In this document: positions 1-13,059 of the stretch, piece after piece
How the letters are laid out: every line of letters begins with the position of its first letter
Numbering within the stretch: position 1 is the stretch's first letter
Origin: the human T2T-CHM13v2.0 reference genome, Homo sapiens
DNA: 64,000 nucleotides
Assembly (NCBI RefSeq): GCF_009914755.1
Contig: NC_060929.1
Strand: one strand, 5' to 3'
Translations under genes and position numbers: made by a program
The notes under the pieces: generated by a model
Told to the model about the DNA's origin: nothing
Seen by the model: only the letters and a program-made list of their open reading frames with translations
Databases searched by the model: none

Positions 1-1410
1 GTCAGGGCTTTTTGTCCTTGTCATATTTTTTATTGTTTTCTATATTCTTTGTTTCTTTCTTTTTTCTCTTATTGTTTGTCATTGTGGTCTGTTTTTTTCT
101 GTAGTGGCATAATTTGAGTCTTTTCTCTTTCTCATTTGTGTGTTTGATTTACCCATGAGGTTTATACTTTCATGTGTTTTCATGATGATAAATGTCTTCC
201 TTTCACTTTGAGGTTTAGAACTCCCTTTAGTATTTCTTGTAGTACCAGTCTAGTGGTGATAGATTCCCTTAGCATTTGCTTGTCTGGAAAAGAATTTATT
301 TCTTCTTCATTTATTAAGGATATTTTTGTTGGTTGTAGTATTCTTGGGTGGCAGGTTTTTTTTTTTTCAGTTAGCCTTTTAAATATTACACTCATTCTCT
401 TGGCCTATGAGGTTTCGGATGAGAAACCTACTGTTAGTTTATGGGAGTTCCTTTAATAGGCGACTAAACAATTTTACCTTGCTACTTTTGAATTCTTTCT
501 TTTTCTTTGACTTTAAACAGTTTGGCTATCATATCGGGTGAAGATACCTTTTTGTGTTTTATGTGTTTGAGGATCATTGAGCCTCCTGTATCTGGATGTC
601 TAAATATCTTACTAGACTTGGGAAGTTTTCATTTACTATTTCATCAAATAGGTTTTGTAACCCTTTTGTTTTCTCTTTGGTGTTGAGGACACCAATAATT
701 TGCATATTTTGTCATTTTATGTTGTTGTAAATGTCACAAAGACTTTGTTCAATCATTGTTATTATTTTTCAAAAGACATGTCTTCAAGTTCTAAGATTCT
801 TTCTTCTGCTTGATCTAGTCTATGGTTGAAGTTTTGAATGTATTTTGTATTTCATACAATAAATTCTTCAGTTGCAGGATTTCTATTTGGTTCATTTAAA
901 AATTATTGATCTTGTTGGCAAATTTCTCACTCATATCTTGAATTAGTTTTCTGATTTCTCTGTATTGTATTTCAGAAGTCTCTCATATCTCACTGAACTT
1001 CTTTAAAACAGCATTTTTAATGTTTTATCTGAGATTTTTCACGAATTTCTTTTTGATTGGGATCTGCTGCTGGAGAATTATTGAGTTCCCTTGGAGGTGT
1101 TGTATTTCCTCAATTTTTCATGTTTCTTGTGTCCTCATGTTGAGGTCTACCCATCTAGTGTAACAGTCGCCCCTTCTAATTATTTGGATTTGCTTTTGTA
1201 GGGGAGGACATTTTCCTAAACATGGATATACATTGTTAGTTGAGTAGCAACTTTGGCTTTGATTTTATGTCTATGCAGTAGTTTGGTCTCTGTATGACTT
1301 CTTTAGCTTTAACCAGCTTTAGTGGTTAAATCTAAATCACAGCTATCTCTGATTTCCTTGGTGGTTTATGGTGCAGTTGTTAGTGGAGGCTGTGGTGAAG
1401 TTTTGCTGAG
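1..1410 (-). mobile_element. Old L1 (L1M-type) fragment: partial 5'UTR, ORF1, inter-ORF region and start of ORF2
   Basis: Minus ORF 180-395 (CHPRILQPTKISLINEEEINSFPDKQMLRESITTRLVLQEILKGVL) matches the L1 ORF1p C-terminus; A-rich inter-ORF spacer leads to ATGACAAGG near position 24. Confidence 0.9.
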
Positions 1411-1429
1411 TCCATTCTCAGTGGATATA

Positions 1430-2153
1430 TAGGAAGGCAGTTGCAAAGGGCACAAAAATTCAGAAAAAAATTTAAAGACTTTTAACGAAGACATAGAAAT
1501 AATAAAAAATCAAGTGGAAACCTTGGAAATGAGAAATACATTGGCTGACTGAAAATTTTATTAGAGACTTCCAACAGCGAAATGGATCCAGCAGAGGAAA
1601 AAATCAGTAAGCTAGGACACAGGATATTTGAAAACACACAGGCAGAGGGAAAAAAAGAAAAAGAAGATTGCCATATAAAAAATTACCTCAAAAGACCAGA
1701 TTTAAGAATTATTGGTGTTCAAGAAGGAGTTGAGCAAGAGCAAGTGGAAGAGCGCTTATTCAAAGCAATCATAACAGAAAACTTTTCAAAGCCTGAGAAA
1801 GATATAAATATCCAAGGAGAGGAAGATCAGAGAACACCAAACAGATCTGACCCAATTAAGAGGCATATAATAATAAAATTCTCAAAGGTCAAAAACAAAG
1901 AGAGAATTCTAAAAGCAGCAACAAATAGAAGCAAGAAACATAAAGGAGCTGCAATTCATCTGGCAACAGTCTTCTCAATGGAAACCATACAAGCCAGGAG
2001 GGAGTGGGACAATATTTTCAAAGTCCTGAGAAAAGAAACTGCCATCTAAGATACTGTATCCAACAAATTTATTCTTCAAATATAAAGTCTTTCCCAAATA
2101 AACAAAAACTGAGAAAATTCAACACCACTAGACACACCTTACTACAAATGCTA
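1430..2153 (+). mobile_element. Second old L1 ORF1 fragment, truncated at both ends
   Basis: ORF 1582-2049 (KRPDLRIIGV, IITENF, RHIIIKFSK, KERILKAA, QARREWDNIFKVL) matches ORF1p coiled-coil/RRM/CTD; continues after a frameshift in ORF 2004-2207. Confidence 0.92.
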
Positions 2154-3592
2154 ACTCTTGTTGCCAGTACTCAGAAGAGTAAATTTTTCACAATAAGTGC
2201 TCAGTAAATATTTTATGAATGAGTGAATTAATAAATATCTCAATATACTGAATAGTCATTCTACTTTATGTAGCCTCTGGGCACTTGGCTTTCATTTTCT
2301 TTTCCTTTAGCATTTTATACCTTTTAACAGTTTTATTCATGAGAGAATATAAGTATAAGCTTAATGAACACAGAAATGTACAGATAGAAATTATAGTTTT
2401 GCTACTGAATTCTTACTGGCTATCTGTGAAATCCTTTTAGAGAAGGTCAAGTGGGTGTAAGCGACCAATTTTTTATGCCCACATGTGTAATTGTTTCTTC
2501 AAAGAAGTCAAAAGGCAAAGTTCTATTGCAAATTATATATTGTATTGGTAATCAACTAGGAGGGCAGGATTTCCTAGACCAAAATGTGCATGATTTATAG
2601 GAAAAGATGAACAGTAAGCCCAAAATACAGTTTTCTTTTTACAAAAACAGATTCATGATAGGATGCTTCAGATTGTCTTGAAATCTCTATAGTCAATAGA
2701 CTGATGATTGAAATTTTATAGACAATTACATTATTTCTTATTTATTTAAGACTGTCTAGCAAGCTCAATTACCCAGATTGCTAGCTCCCTTCTTTCCATT
2801 TAATTATCCTGAAATGATCAAGGTCTGAAATTCATTTAGGGACTTTGGGACATTTTTATTTGTTGGGGAATCTCTTAGTGTATGACTCTTGAGTGCATTA
2901 AATGGTCACTAGGGACCAAATGGTTAAAGCTGCTTATCAATATTATGGGTTCTCTCTGAGATTGAAACTCATTCCCTGAAGAGTTTATGTTCTAATATGA
3001 AGCTAACCAAAAACATAAATCCGTAACATTTAGAGGCATGGTGATGGTAACATCAGATTTGAATCTTCTAATCTTAAAATATCTCAAGGGAGGACACAGA
3101 AACTGAAGTTATCTGATGCCTTAACAGCTAATGACAATTAAAACCAACTTTTATGCCAACAATGCTAGCTTAATGTATAGAAAAGTGAATTTAGATAACT
3201 GAAAATATGTTTCAAAATAGCACACATTTCAAAAGTGAAAAAATGGAAAAATAGCAAGAAATACTGGTATGAAAACTATAAAACAATTACCATATCTTTT
3301 ATAACTTGTTTTTTTCAGAAAGACCTATTCATTTTCAGCTCTTTCAAAGATTAAAAAAGGATTTGTAACATGTATGTTGAGTTGAATCTTTTTGGAATCA
3401 ATGAAATTTTAATTTTTAGCAATACACTATGACTCCTTTCAAAAGGTAAGCTCTTCAAAATGTTCTCGATCCACACTTGCTAATTTGGAATTCTAAATGA
3501 GCCTTATTGAATCATAATGCAATCTTTGAACTCTGTCAGATCGATTTTTAATAATGTATTTTTTTCCACAAGGAAGGGAGAGGTTATTTCTT

Positions 3593-3626
<34 letters not shown>

Positions 3627-3640
3627 ATCTATCACCTATC
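3593..3640. repeat. (TCTA)n tetranucleotide microsatellite
   Basis: About 8 perfect TCTA units followed by TCA/TCTA variants. Confidence 0.95.
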
Positions 3641-5019
3641 CATCCACCCACCTACCCCACTTATCCACTTTCCTTTTACCTCTCACTTGTATATACATAT
3701 TAAACTAGTAGTTCATTGGTGTAGATGATTTCGAGTATAATAAGTCTCATGTTGAAAAATTATTTTATTGTTTGTATGACTATGTTCAGATATTATTTCC
3801 CCAAGACACTTGATATCTGTTCTGTGGGTGATTTTGATCCTATAATGTCAGAAATAAACTTTCTGCATAATCACCAGCTGAGTAGATATGACATTTTAAG
3901 TGTATAATTTGAAATTACTACTTGAAAGTAGTAAATTGGAATCTTGAGTTTTATATCCTCCTTTAAAATCAGATATTGAAAAAAGTTCTTAAATTATTTG
4001 AAAGCTTATGATTTTTAAGTTAAAATTATTTTTCAAATGGTGACATTTAAATGATATTTAGCTAAAATTAAAGATGGATTCCACAAGGCACTAGAAGGAG
4101 TATCTTGTTCTCTAAACTTTATGAAAGCAAGTGACCTTACCCTTTCCCTTCCTCCAGCCCAAGTTTACCATCCCAGCAAGACTCTCTTACTATGAGCCCT
4201 CTTGCCAGTGCTCTGCTGATCCCCTTAGTTTGCCGCTCCCCACTTAAAACTCGACCTCAAGCTTGGACTAAAACATTTTTCCTAGCTTCCCCTGAATCCT
4301 GAATGAGGCAGGCTAGAATTTTTATGAAATTTCAGGAGAATTAAAACAAATAGATAAAGCTTAAAATGTTCAAGCTTACATAAGTAGCTTTCTGAGTTTA
4401 CAGTACTTAATGCACCACCAAGGCTCATAAAGTCTATTTCATTTCATAACCTAGCTCTCAAGGTAACAACCCTTTAGCTCCCCAAAAGGTACTGTAACAT
4501 AAGAATAACGTTCTTGCCATTTTGCAGTTTTGTGATCAAAATCCAAAGATAGTTCTAAGATTTTCTCATGGCTCTTTTTTTTCTGTTTATAGTGATGTGC
4601 TAATTCTAAGGCCTGGTATTGTTGAGATTCTAATGACTGACAGAGTAAAATAATCTCTATCTTTAGTGAGATTCTGTGTTTTCCATACTGTAAATTTCTA
4701 GGTTTCCATGAAGTAAAACAAAATGTTAACCTGAAATTAGTCTATTGTTGATACAACATCATTAACATGGTTTGATCAACAGGAGTCATTCTTTTTCAGA
4801 ACCATGTAACAGTATTTTTATGATGTGTTTATGTGTATGTGTAGGAATCTCTTAGGGGAAGCATGATAAGAGCTATTCTCTATTATTTTTATTTCTGTAC
4901 TCATATCCTGTTTTTGGGTCTTGTGCTTCATTCTAAAGAAAAAAAAACAAATACATTCAACACTTATTTATTATTCTATAATGCCTAAATAATGCTTTTA
5001 ACTTTTTAAAGTATTACTA

Positions 5020-5098
5020 TTAGATTGGTGCAAAAGTAATTGCAGTTTTTAGCTTTACCTTCAATGGCAAAATTGCAATTAATTTTGCGCCAACCTAA
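5020..5098. mobile_element. MADE1 (Hsmar1-derived MITE)
   Basis: TTAGATTGGTGCAAAAGTAATTGC...GCAATTAATTTTGCGCCAACCTAA: ~80-bp palindromic element matching MADE1 TIRs, TA on the left side. Confidence 0.93.
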
Positions 5099-5100
5099 CA

Positions 5101-5417
5101 TTTATTAATTATTTAGAGACAGAGTCTTGCTTTGTCACCTAGGCTAGAGAGCAGTGGCATGATTACCACTCACTGAAGCCTTGACCTCCTGGCCTCAAGC
5201 AATTCTCCTAACTCAGCCTCCTGAGTAGCTAGGACTACAGGCATGCACCACCACGCCCAGCTAACACATATATATATGTTTTTTTTGTGGGGGGAAGGGT
5301 AGAGATGGAGTTTTTGCCATGTTGGCCAGTCTAGTCTCGAAATTCTGGGCCTAAACAATCTTCTTGCTTTGGCCTCCCAAAATACTGGAATACAGGCATG
5401 AGCCACTGCACCTGGCC
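5101..5417 (-). mobile_element. Alu, old (AluJ-like)
   Basis: Full dimer in antisense (gagacagagtcttgc...gagccactgcacctggcc), heavily CpG-decayed. Confidence 0.93.
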
Positions 5418-5744
5418 TCCTTTTATATTTAAGTATTGATTTGATATAACATGTTCACCAAATGTTAATAATAGTCATGAAAGCAAAAGCAATTATTTAC
5501 CTACTTTAGGAAAAACATGAATTAGCAAATTTGCAGAACATATTAAGAACGTTGTTAAATTCTTTACATCATTTTGAAGAATGATTAAGACTATTTTGAA
5601 CAGAAAGTAGAGACTATAGGAAGAAAGGAATAGTTGCAGGGCAGGGTAGTTTCATTTTAAGCTTGTTTGAAATACTATAATTGAGCCAATTCAAATAAAT
5701 AAAATTTCCAAAGTAAACTGTAAAGTTTTGGATAACCAGCTGTT

Positions 5745-5830
5745 TAGTCTCAAACTCCTGGCCTCAACAGATCTTCTTGCCTTGGCCTCCCAAAGTGTTG
5801 GTATTACAGATGTAAGCCACTGTGCCCAGC
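5745..5830 (-). mobile_element. Alu left-arm fragment
   Basis: gtctcaaactcctggcctc...cctcccaaagtgttggtattacag...gccactgtgcccagc. Confidence 0.9.
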
Positions 5831-6139
5831 TGCACTTACTGTTTGGAATCATCCTTCCCAGCTTCCTCCTATTCATTTGGCTGTTGGAGACATGCATTTT
5901 CTCTTTTTCTATTTTCTTAAAAATAATGTCTTCTTAATTGGTTTAAATAAATGAGTCCCACGTCACTAGGTCTCAAAATTCAACAATGTAGTTCAAACTC
6001 ATTAATTTGGATCCCAAATATCCAGAATTTGTGACAATGTAGTTTAAGACTGGGTTGAGTTTATTTTGTACCATCTTTGAGAGAGTGGTTGCTGAGTAAA
6101 TTCTTAGCCTTAATGGCATCACAAGGAGAATTATGTTTC

Positions 6140-6235
6140 CAGATTAAGACATAGAAGTTAAGATTTAACTTTCTCAATGCCACACATTAATTAATGGCAG
6201 AGCCAAGACTGTAGCCCAGGACTCCTGATTCCCAT
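6140..6235 (-). mobile_element. MIR fragment
   Basis: ttaatggcagagccaagactgtagcccaggactcctgattcc resembles the antisense MIR core. Confidence 0.65.
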
Positions 6236-6599
6236 TCAGAGGCAACTTATGAGAAGATACTGTTTTCAGGCAATTTAGAAATTTCTTTTGTATATAGAAC
6301 GTGATGAACGCTTACAATTTTTCTGAGTCGTGTATACATTACTATGTGTGCATGCTTCTCCCCTCCTCTATAGCAGGATGGGAATATTTTGCCTAATTTG
6401 GGGGTACAAATTTCTAACTAAATGAAGTTTGGAAATAATTGAGAGAATGAGAAGACCTTTAAAGAACTGTAGTATCATTGTTAAGCAACTCAAAATTAAA
6501 TTTAGTCACAGGGTAAACTGATATGAGGAATGTGGCTAATGCTGTCTGGGCAAATGGTAAAACAAGGAAAGGGTTTGTGAAAAAGTTAAATAAGGGGTT

Positions 6600-7300
6600 A
6601 TGGAAGTGTTCACCCCCTTGGACATAAACTGGCCCACAGGATGTTAAATCATTTTAACTACAAGTTTGTGTACATGGTGGGGAACTGGTTGGTTATCCAA
6701 TATGGACTTTAAAGGAACAAACAAGAAAGGAAACAATTTATGTCGGTCTTTTGAGTAACACAGAGGAAATGATCAGCGATGACATAAGGGACTGCTTAAC
6801 GGAGTGATAGCCATCATAATTCAGTTAGATTGTAATTCATAATCAAGTGAGACCCAGGAAAGTAACACTTAGAATGATGATTGCCAAATTACAGCAGAAA
6901 AAATGCTGAAAGAAACACAATACTTAAATATAAAGTTGAGAGAGAACGCTCTGGAGGACAAAATTGAAAAGTATAAGAAGGAATGGTCACTAAAAATATG
7001 CATCAATTTTGTTTTTAAAATTCTACAATGGCTAAATCACTTTTTATAATCTAGGGAAAGAAAATATAATGTGTAAATAAATATAAAATGCAAATGAGGT
7101 CCAAGAAAGATTACAGAATGAAATTAAAACTGTGAAGTGCTAATGAAAGCTATGTTGGCAAAAATAAACATTGTTGCAGAAGAAGGTAACATAATGAAAT
7201 ACAACTTTTTTTCTCAAGATTCTAACATATAAAATATCAGAGACAGCTTGTACTAGCCCTAGAAAGATGGCAAGGAAAACCCATGGGTAGAAGAGATGGA
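6600..7300 (+). mobile_element. Possible ancient RTE-clade (L4-like) LINE ORF remnant
   Basis: Conceptual peptides IWTLKEQ, ISDDIRDCL, LEDKIEKYKKEW and a frameshifted PRK-W resemble C-terminal motifs of RTE-type ORFs; heavily degraded. Confidence 0.3.
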
Positions 7301-8004
7301 TAATTGTTAAAATAGAAGAATTTTAAATTTGAGTTGACAGCAAATACGGCCTCACCTGATTACTTAGCTTTGATGAGATAAGAATTTATTCTGCCTAGGT
7401 ATAGACAAAGACCATGATTTATTTGAGCTTTAGGGAAATTCTGTGTAAACGTTGCACAAAGACTGACCTGTTACTAAGCTTGAAGACTACAGCCCTGGCT
7501 CAAGAAGGTGGTGTTTTCCTTTGGCAGAGCTGAAATCATGGAGCAAGTGTGAACCTTGAAGTCAGTGGGCATGGGTCTAGTCCATGTCTGCCCTCAGTAG
7601 CTGGATGAATTTCGGCAAATCACGTTAGTTATGGAGTTTGGTTGCTTCAAAATTATTAGATAGATAAGACCATTTCTCAGTTCCTTTTAAGTTGAGGTGT
7701 ATGAAAAAATAACACAAAAATAACATGAAAACTGCCCTTTCTTTTATTCCTGAATCTGCACAACAAAAACCCAGGGCTTAGGAAAGGGAAGTAACCTAAT
7801 TTCTTTCTTTATTCCTGACCTCTGATCCTAGTAATGATTTTAAAAGCAAATGCCAGGTGGGAGGATTTCATAATGATTTGAAGTGATCTGAGAATAGAAA
7901 TACTTTGTGAGATTCTGAAAGTCTTGCTGTTCTGTTGAATCCTTGCTTACAGATAGGACTGAAAAGCTTGGGTGTCATTGTGATTTACCGGTACATGATG
8001 ATTG

Positions 8005-8120
8005 TATTCACTCACTCGTTCAGCAGGGATCTTTTGAGAGACTACCATATGCTAGGTATGCTCTAGGGTGTATGAGTACAAAGTAATAAGGCATCACTCC
8101 TATTTTAAAGGACTCACTAT
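8005..8120 (-). mobile_element. L2 3' end
   Basis: ttcactcactcgttcagc...ctaccatatgctaggtatg, antisense L2 tail. Confidence 0.6.
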
Positions 8121-9471
8121 AATGAATTGATTTTCATGTTTTGCATTGGTAGAAATAAATATAGTATTGTTGAAAAGCAACTTGGATACTTTTATGAAGG
8201 ACATTTAAAAAATAATTACTTGACATCAGTGTATTTGTTTTTTAATAGCTACTATATGCTGTATTTTTATGAATTTAATATATTTTATCAAATTTAAGAT
8301 ATCAACAGTTAGTAGATGCATCACTAGTATCACAAGTACTTTGTGGGGGGAAAGAAGAAACTGCTATACACAGGTATGCATTGATTTTAGACATCCTATT
8401 TTATGAACTCTCAAAATTTGAAAGAAATTTGATTTATAATTGAACAGATAGAGTTGGTCAGTACATAATAAAATACTCTTGGAGATGAGCAGGACCTGAA
8501 TAGTGAGAAAAATAGCAAATTATCCATAAACTGGGAATATTTAGTAATTTCCTCTACTTACAGTAGTATAGAAAGGTATTTGACAATCAAGACATCTGTA
8601 GCTTTTCAAACAAATCACAAGACCTTTAGCAAGGGTCTCATTTGTGAGGAGCTAGAAAGGGATACATCTTCCTCACATCAACCTGTGTTATTTATCCCAG
8701 ATACACATTCTGCACCGAATAGGCCAAAAGCTTGTTGAATGGGCTAAGCTGAATTGTCACTTCTGGGTTCTTATTTATAATAGAAAGTGGAAATATGAGT
8801 GTAGGGGATAGAATAAATATTATTTCTTTTTAATCCTATGTATACATCATGGGTAATTGCAAGTTATAGGTGTAAATAATTGAATACAGTTGCAACTGCA
8901 ACTGTAAACTGGCAGAGAAGTACATTTCCAAGCTGTTGCCTTGAAAATAGTAACATCAACCAACGCACAGAATGCTTGGATGCATTTTTTTGTTTGTATG
9001 TGAATGTTTTACATAAATCACATCTTGCTTCCCCAAAGAATATAGCACACATGTAATTACACATATTTACCTATTATGGGGCTAAGATGTATGCTCATAC
9101 AATTTTTAAAACATCATAATTTATTGAAAAACTAGGTTTCAAGTGATATGTACAGTCAACTTTGGGCCAAGAAGATGTAGAAATTGATCTTGGGTGCCAA
9201 ATCTGATTTGGACGGTCAATTGTCTACAGAAATTGCTGCCAAAAATATTTGTTGTGAGTCAGAATTTCTTATTGTATAAATTGATGAAAAATTTCTGTAT
9301 CAGGTATGTGGTGTGCCATATGAATATTAATAAAATCATTTTGAAATAAGCCAATAAACCATTTGCCTTAGAATATATACATACTTACTATATTCTAACT
9401 TAGTCTGTGGGCTAGAATTATACCATATCTGATTCTGTAGAATTTTTTCTTGTGTAAATCATTTATGCATT

Positions 9472-9725
9472 GTAATGGGCTGAATGTTTATGTTTTCCCC
9501 AAATTCATATGTTAAAAATCTTAACCTCCAAGGTGATGATATGAGGAGGTTGGATCTTTGGGAGGTGATTAGGTCACAAGGGTAGAGCTTTCATGAATGG
9601 GATTAGTGCCCTTATAAAAGAGACCCCAGAGAGACCCCCTTGTGCCCTCTGCAAAGTGAGGACACAGCAAAAAGATGGCCATCTATGAACCAGGGAGAGT
9701 ACCCTCACTAGACACCAAATCTGCC
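9472..9725 (+). mobile_element. MaLR LTR (MLT1A-like), 3' truncated
   Basis: tgtaatgggctgaatg...ccccaaattcatatgtt...gggaggtgattaggtca...catgaatgggattagtgcccttataaaagag. Confidence 0.88.
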
Positions 9726-9769
9726 ACAAGACACCCTAGACTGTCACCAGACTGGGGAGCACAAGAATG

Positions 9770-10780
9770 GCTACAAGAATTTAGGTCAAAGATAATAAAT
9801 AGACTGAACCAAATTAGTGACATAGTGACCGTAGGAATGGAAAGAATGGCAAAAATTACAGGAATATCCAGGAGGAAGAACATATAGAACTTGAAAGAAT
9901 AATTGGATATGAGGATGAGAATAAGCAAGATAGTAGTTGTGTATTCCAAAATTTCTGGCTTAGGCAACTGGTATTCATCAACATAGGCATACATGAAAAC
10001 AGGCTTGGTAGCAAGATGGTGGGTTAAGTTTGGAACATATTGTGTGTGAGATAGCCTAGTAGATATTTGGAAATATGAATCAGGATGTCAGGCAAGAGGT
10101 CTTGGATGATAGATTTAAAAGCCAATGGGATTAATAGTGGGTGAACTATTGGTTGTATGTGAGATTACTCAGGGAGAGTAAATAAAGTAGGAAGAAAAGA
10201 GAAGTGAGGATTGTATTTAGGGAACAACATTCATGGGTAGTTTTGAGGGGAGGAATCATGAAGCACCAAGAATGAGCAATGGAAAGGAATAGGAAAAATA
10301 AGGACAATACTAAAAGCCAAGAGATTTCTGCAGTATGCAATATATCCACATAACACAACTGCATTTATAGCCCTAAATATATTATATATATATATAAATA
10401 TATATATTTATTTATTTTAAAATGAGGAGGATGTTATTGGGGCTCATGCTAAAAAGGGTTTCAAGAAAGAGAAAGTCAATATAATCAAATTCTCCAGGTG
10501 ATGATTGCAAAAGTCACTGGATTGGGGAATTTTTCATATATTTGAAAGATATTTACTGAGTCCCTATTATAAATGTGCTAGATGCTGGAGATTCAATAAT
10601 GAACAAAAATGGATCTCTTCTTGTTCTCATGGAACTTGTAGTCTTATAGAGGAAAGACATGTTGATCAAACAACTGCTGAAATAAATGTAAAATGGCAAC
10701 TCTGATAACTTCTATGAAGCAAAGATATATAGTGAAATTAATAAAAATAGGCTTGATGAAGAGGTAAAGAGCAAAATCTA
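9770..10780 (-). mobile_element. L2 fragments, interrupted by a TA-rich tract at ~10375-10415
   Basis: Purine-rich antisense L2 signature; tail motif atatttactgagtccctattataaatgtgctag. Confidence 0.65.
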
Positions 10781-10939
10781 GATTAGCAAGGCCCTTCCTT
10801 GACCTGTAGTTTTTATTGGTTTTTAACTACATTCCCAACTTACCCTCAAAGACTCCAATTCCTTCATAAATGTTCATCTGTGGCTGTTAGTAGAAGACTC
10901 ATGGCTTAACCAAAAGATCATCATCCTCACATGTCTTGA

Positions 10940-11300
10940 GTCCCTGATTCATCACTTAAACAGTTGAACAAACTTGGAATAAATCTCTGAGCCTTAAATT
11001 TCCTTATAGTGTTTTTATGGGTATTGAGCCAGATGATGCATTTGAAATGACTTCATAAGATAAATAGATCAGAACAAATGTTGGTAGTTGTTATTTTGAG
11101 AAGCAGCTGTGTTGTGTGGAAATTTCACTGGACTTGGTTTTTAGTCTGAATTATTAGGTGTGTTCTTGGTTCTATGACTAATGGTATAAATCTGGGCAGT
11201 CATTTAGCTTCTTTTGCTCTCAGTTTACTCATTGGTGAAATAGGAGTAACAGTACTTATCTCACCACCTTATGGAAAGTAGAGAAATGCTTATCAATGCC
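10940..11300 (+). mobile_element. Two MIR fragments
   Basis: ctctgagccttaaatttcctta and gggcagtcatttagcttc...ctcagtttactcattggtgaaataggagtaacagtac. Confidence 0.6.
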
Positions 11301-13059
11301 TCAATCATGGGTTGGTCATCAGACCCCAGTATTAGCTCTTTCATATTTAGGGTTAGTAATTTGTAAATGGTTGTTTAAGTTTAAGTAATGACAGAGAAGA
11401 GTTTGCGCACATTGTACTGGACTTAACTTACTGAAGTAGCCAGAAATTCAGGGTCATGTACTTGCTCATCTTTCCAGTCTTGTTCTGAGCTATTTCCCTA
11501 CTAGCTCCCTGAGTACCAACTGTAACCAACTAGTTGTGTTTTCTTACTCTTGCTCCTGTGCTTCTGGACATGCTATATATTTTGTGCAAAATGAATTTTC
11601 TCTTACATTGCTCCAAAGAACTCCTACTTATTCTTTAAAATTAGATTTAGAGGTCACTTTTCCAAGGTGGACTATGTGTGCCTTCTCACAGCACTTACAC
11701 ATTGTATCATTTGTTTCATCTTCTTCTTCAGAGATTAAGGACATGTCTTAGTTTATACTCCCAGTATCTAGCATATAATATGTGTGCAGTAAAGAAATGT
11801 GGGAGTAACAGCTGCTTCTGAACTCAATGTTTAGAAGTACAGAAAAAGTTATTGGTCATAGGGATAATTACCATCAAACACAGAGGCATTTGAATATTGA
11901 ATTATTGGCACCCTTACCTCCTATTTACAGGTAGTTACAAATGCCTATGGTTTTAATAATTGTTTCTATAACTTAAAATGATCTCACCACCAAGGTATAA
12001 AATAGAAGTATTTTCAGTTTTGGTATTTCTACTTAAATATATCTGAATTCACATAATTATGAAATGTTATCAATTTATTTGATACAGGAGCTTGCTAGTT
12101 TTGGCTTTGTGACCTTTGAAAAATTCAGCATTTTCCATTTGTTTAAGGGAGCAAAAGATCAGCCCGCCCTTTAGGAATGAGCTATTATTCACAATGAGGG
12201 AAATAGCAGTCATATTGAGAGTTGCATGGCTTGTTGAATACTTGGCTGGAATCCTATAAAAGGAGAAATCATTAAGTGTCAGTTAATCCCTGTAGCTCTT
12301 TGTTATTGTTCTCATCATGTTCTCTGCCAAATGAGAAGATAAAATTTGTGTGGAAATATAAGGATAAGGGACTCTTGACCAAGGGCATCTGGAAATAAAT
12401 AAGTGAATGGAGATGGGGAGAGGGCTAGATCGCAACCTGTGCCCTGGCAGCAGCTACCAAAATGCGTATGTGAGCAATCTCTGGAGAAGCGGTGGCATGG
12501 GGTGGGGTGGATTTATGGGGCTTTGACATTTGGATTAAATTTAAAGGGCTGTTTTTCTCTTACTACCAATGCCTCATGTCTGAGTGAGTGTGTAGTTGGA
12601 GTCTCAAGTTTGATAAGATGCAGAGATAAAGAGGAAGAGGGAAGAGAGGGATGAATCAAAAATGAACTGAGCACAGCTGGAAGCAGATGGATTCCCCAAG
12701 GCCCTTGAAGCCTTTAAAAGAGTTAAAAGAGGAGGGAACATTAGAATGTGAGCTTGGAGGGCAGATTGGGATGGCGCTGTGTTTGACCAAGTGTTTTGAT
12801 GACAAAGCTCAGCCATAAGCTGGGCATATGGTTGAATTGGGCAGGCCTGAAAAAATATTGCAGTACATGAAATTTTCCTTGCTTTCTATTTCTTTTTTCC
12901 TGAATCTGCATATCTCTTTTTTTCCTCCTTAACTTTATTTTGGGCACATATCTGTTAGGAGGAATTCATGTGAAAATTTCTTTTTGTGTCACCCTTCATA
13001 GAAATATTCACATGTTTAATATTTTGATTAGTAGAATGTATTGATTATCTAATCAAGAA

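Noticed and set aside
1582-2049. 155-aa ORF as a gene
   Set aside because: Degraded L1 ORF1p with deletions and a frameshift
11915-11940. AG|GT recursive splice site (tttacag|gtagtt)
   Set aside because: Poor donor match and short pyrimidine tract
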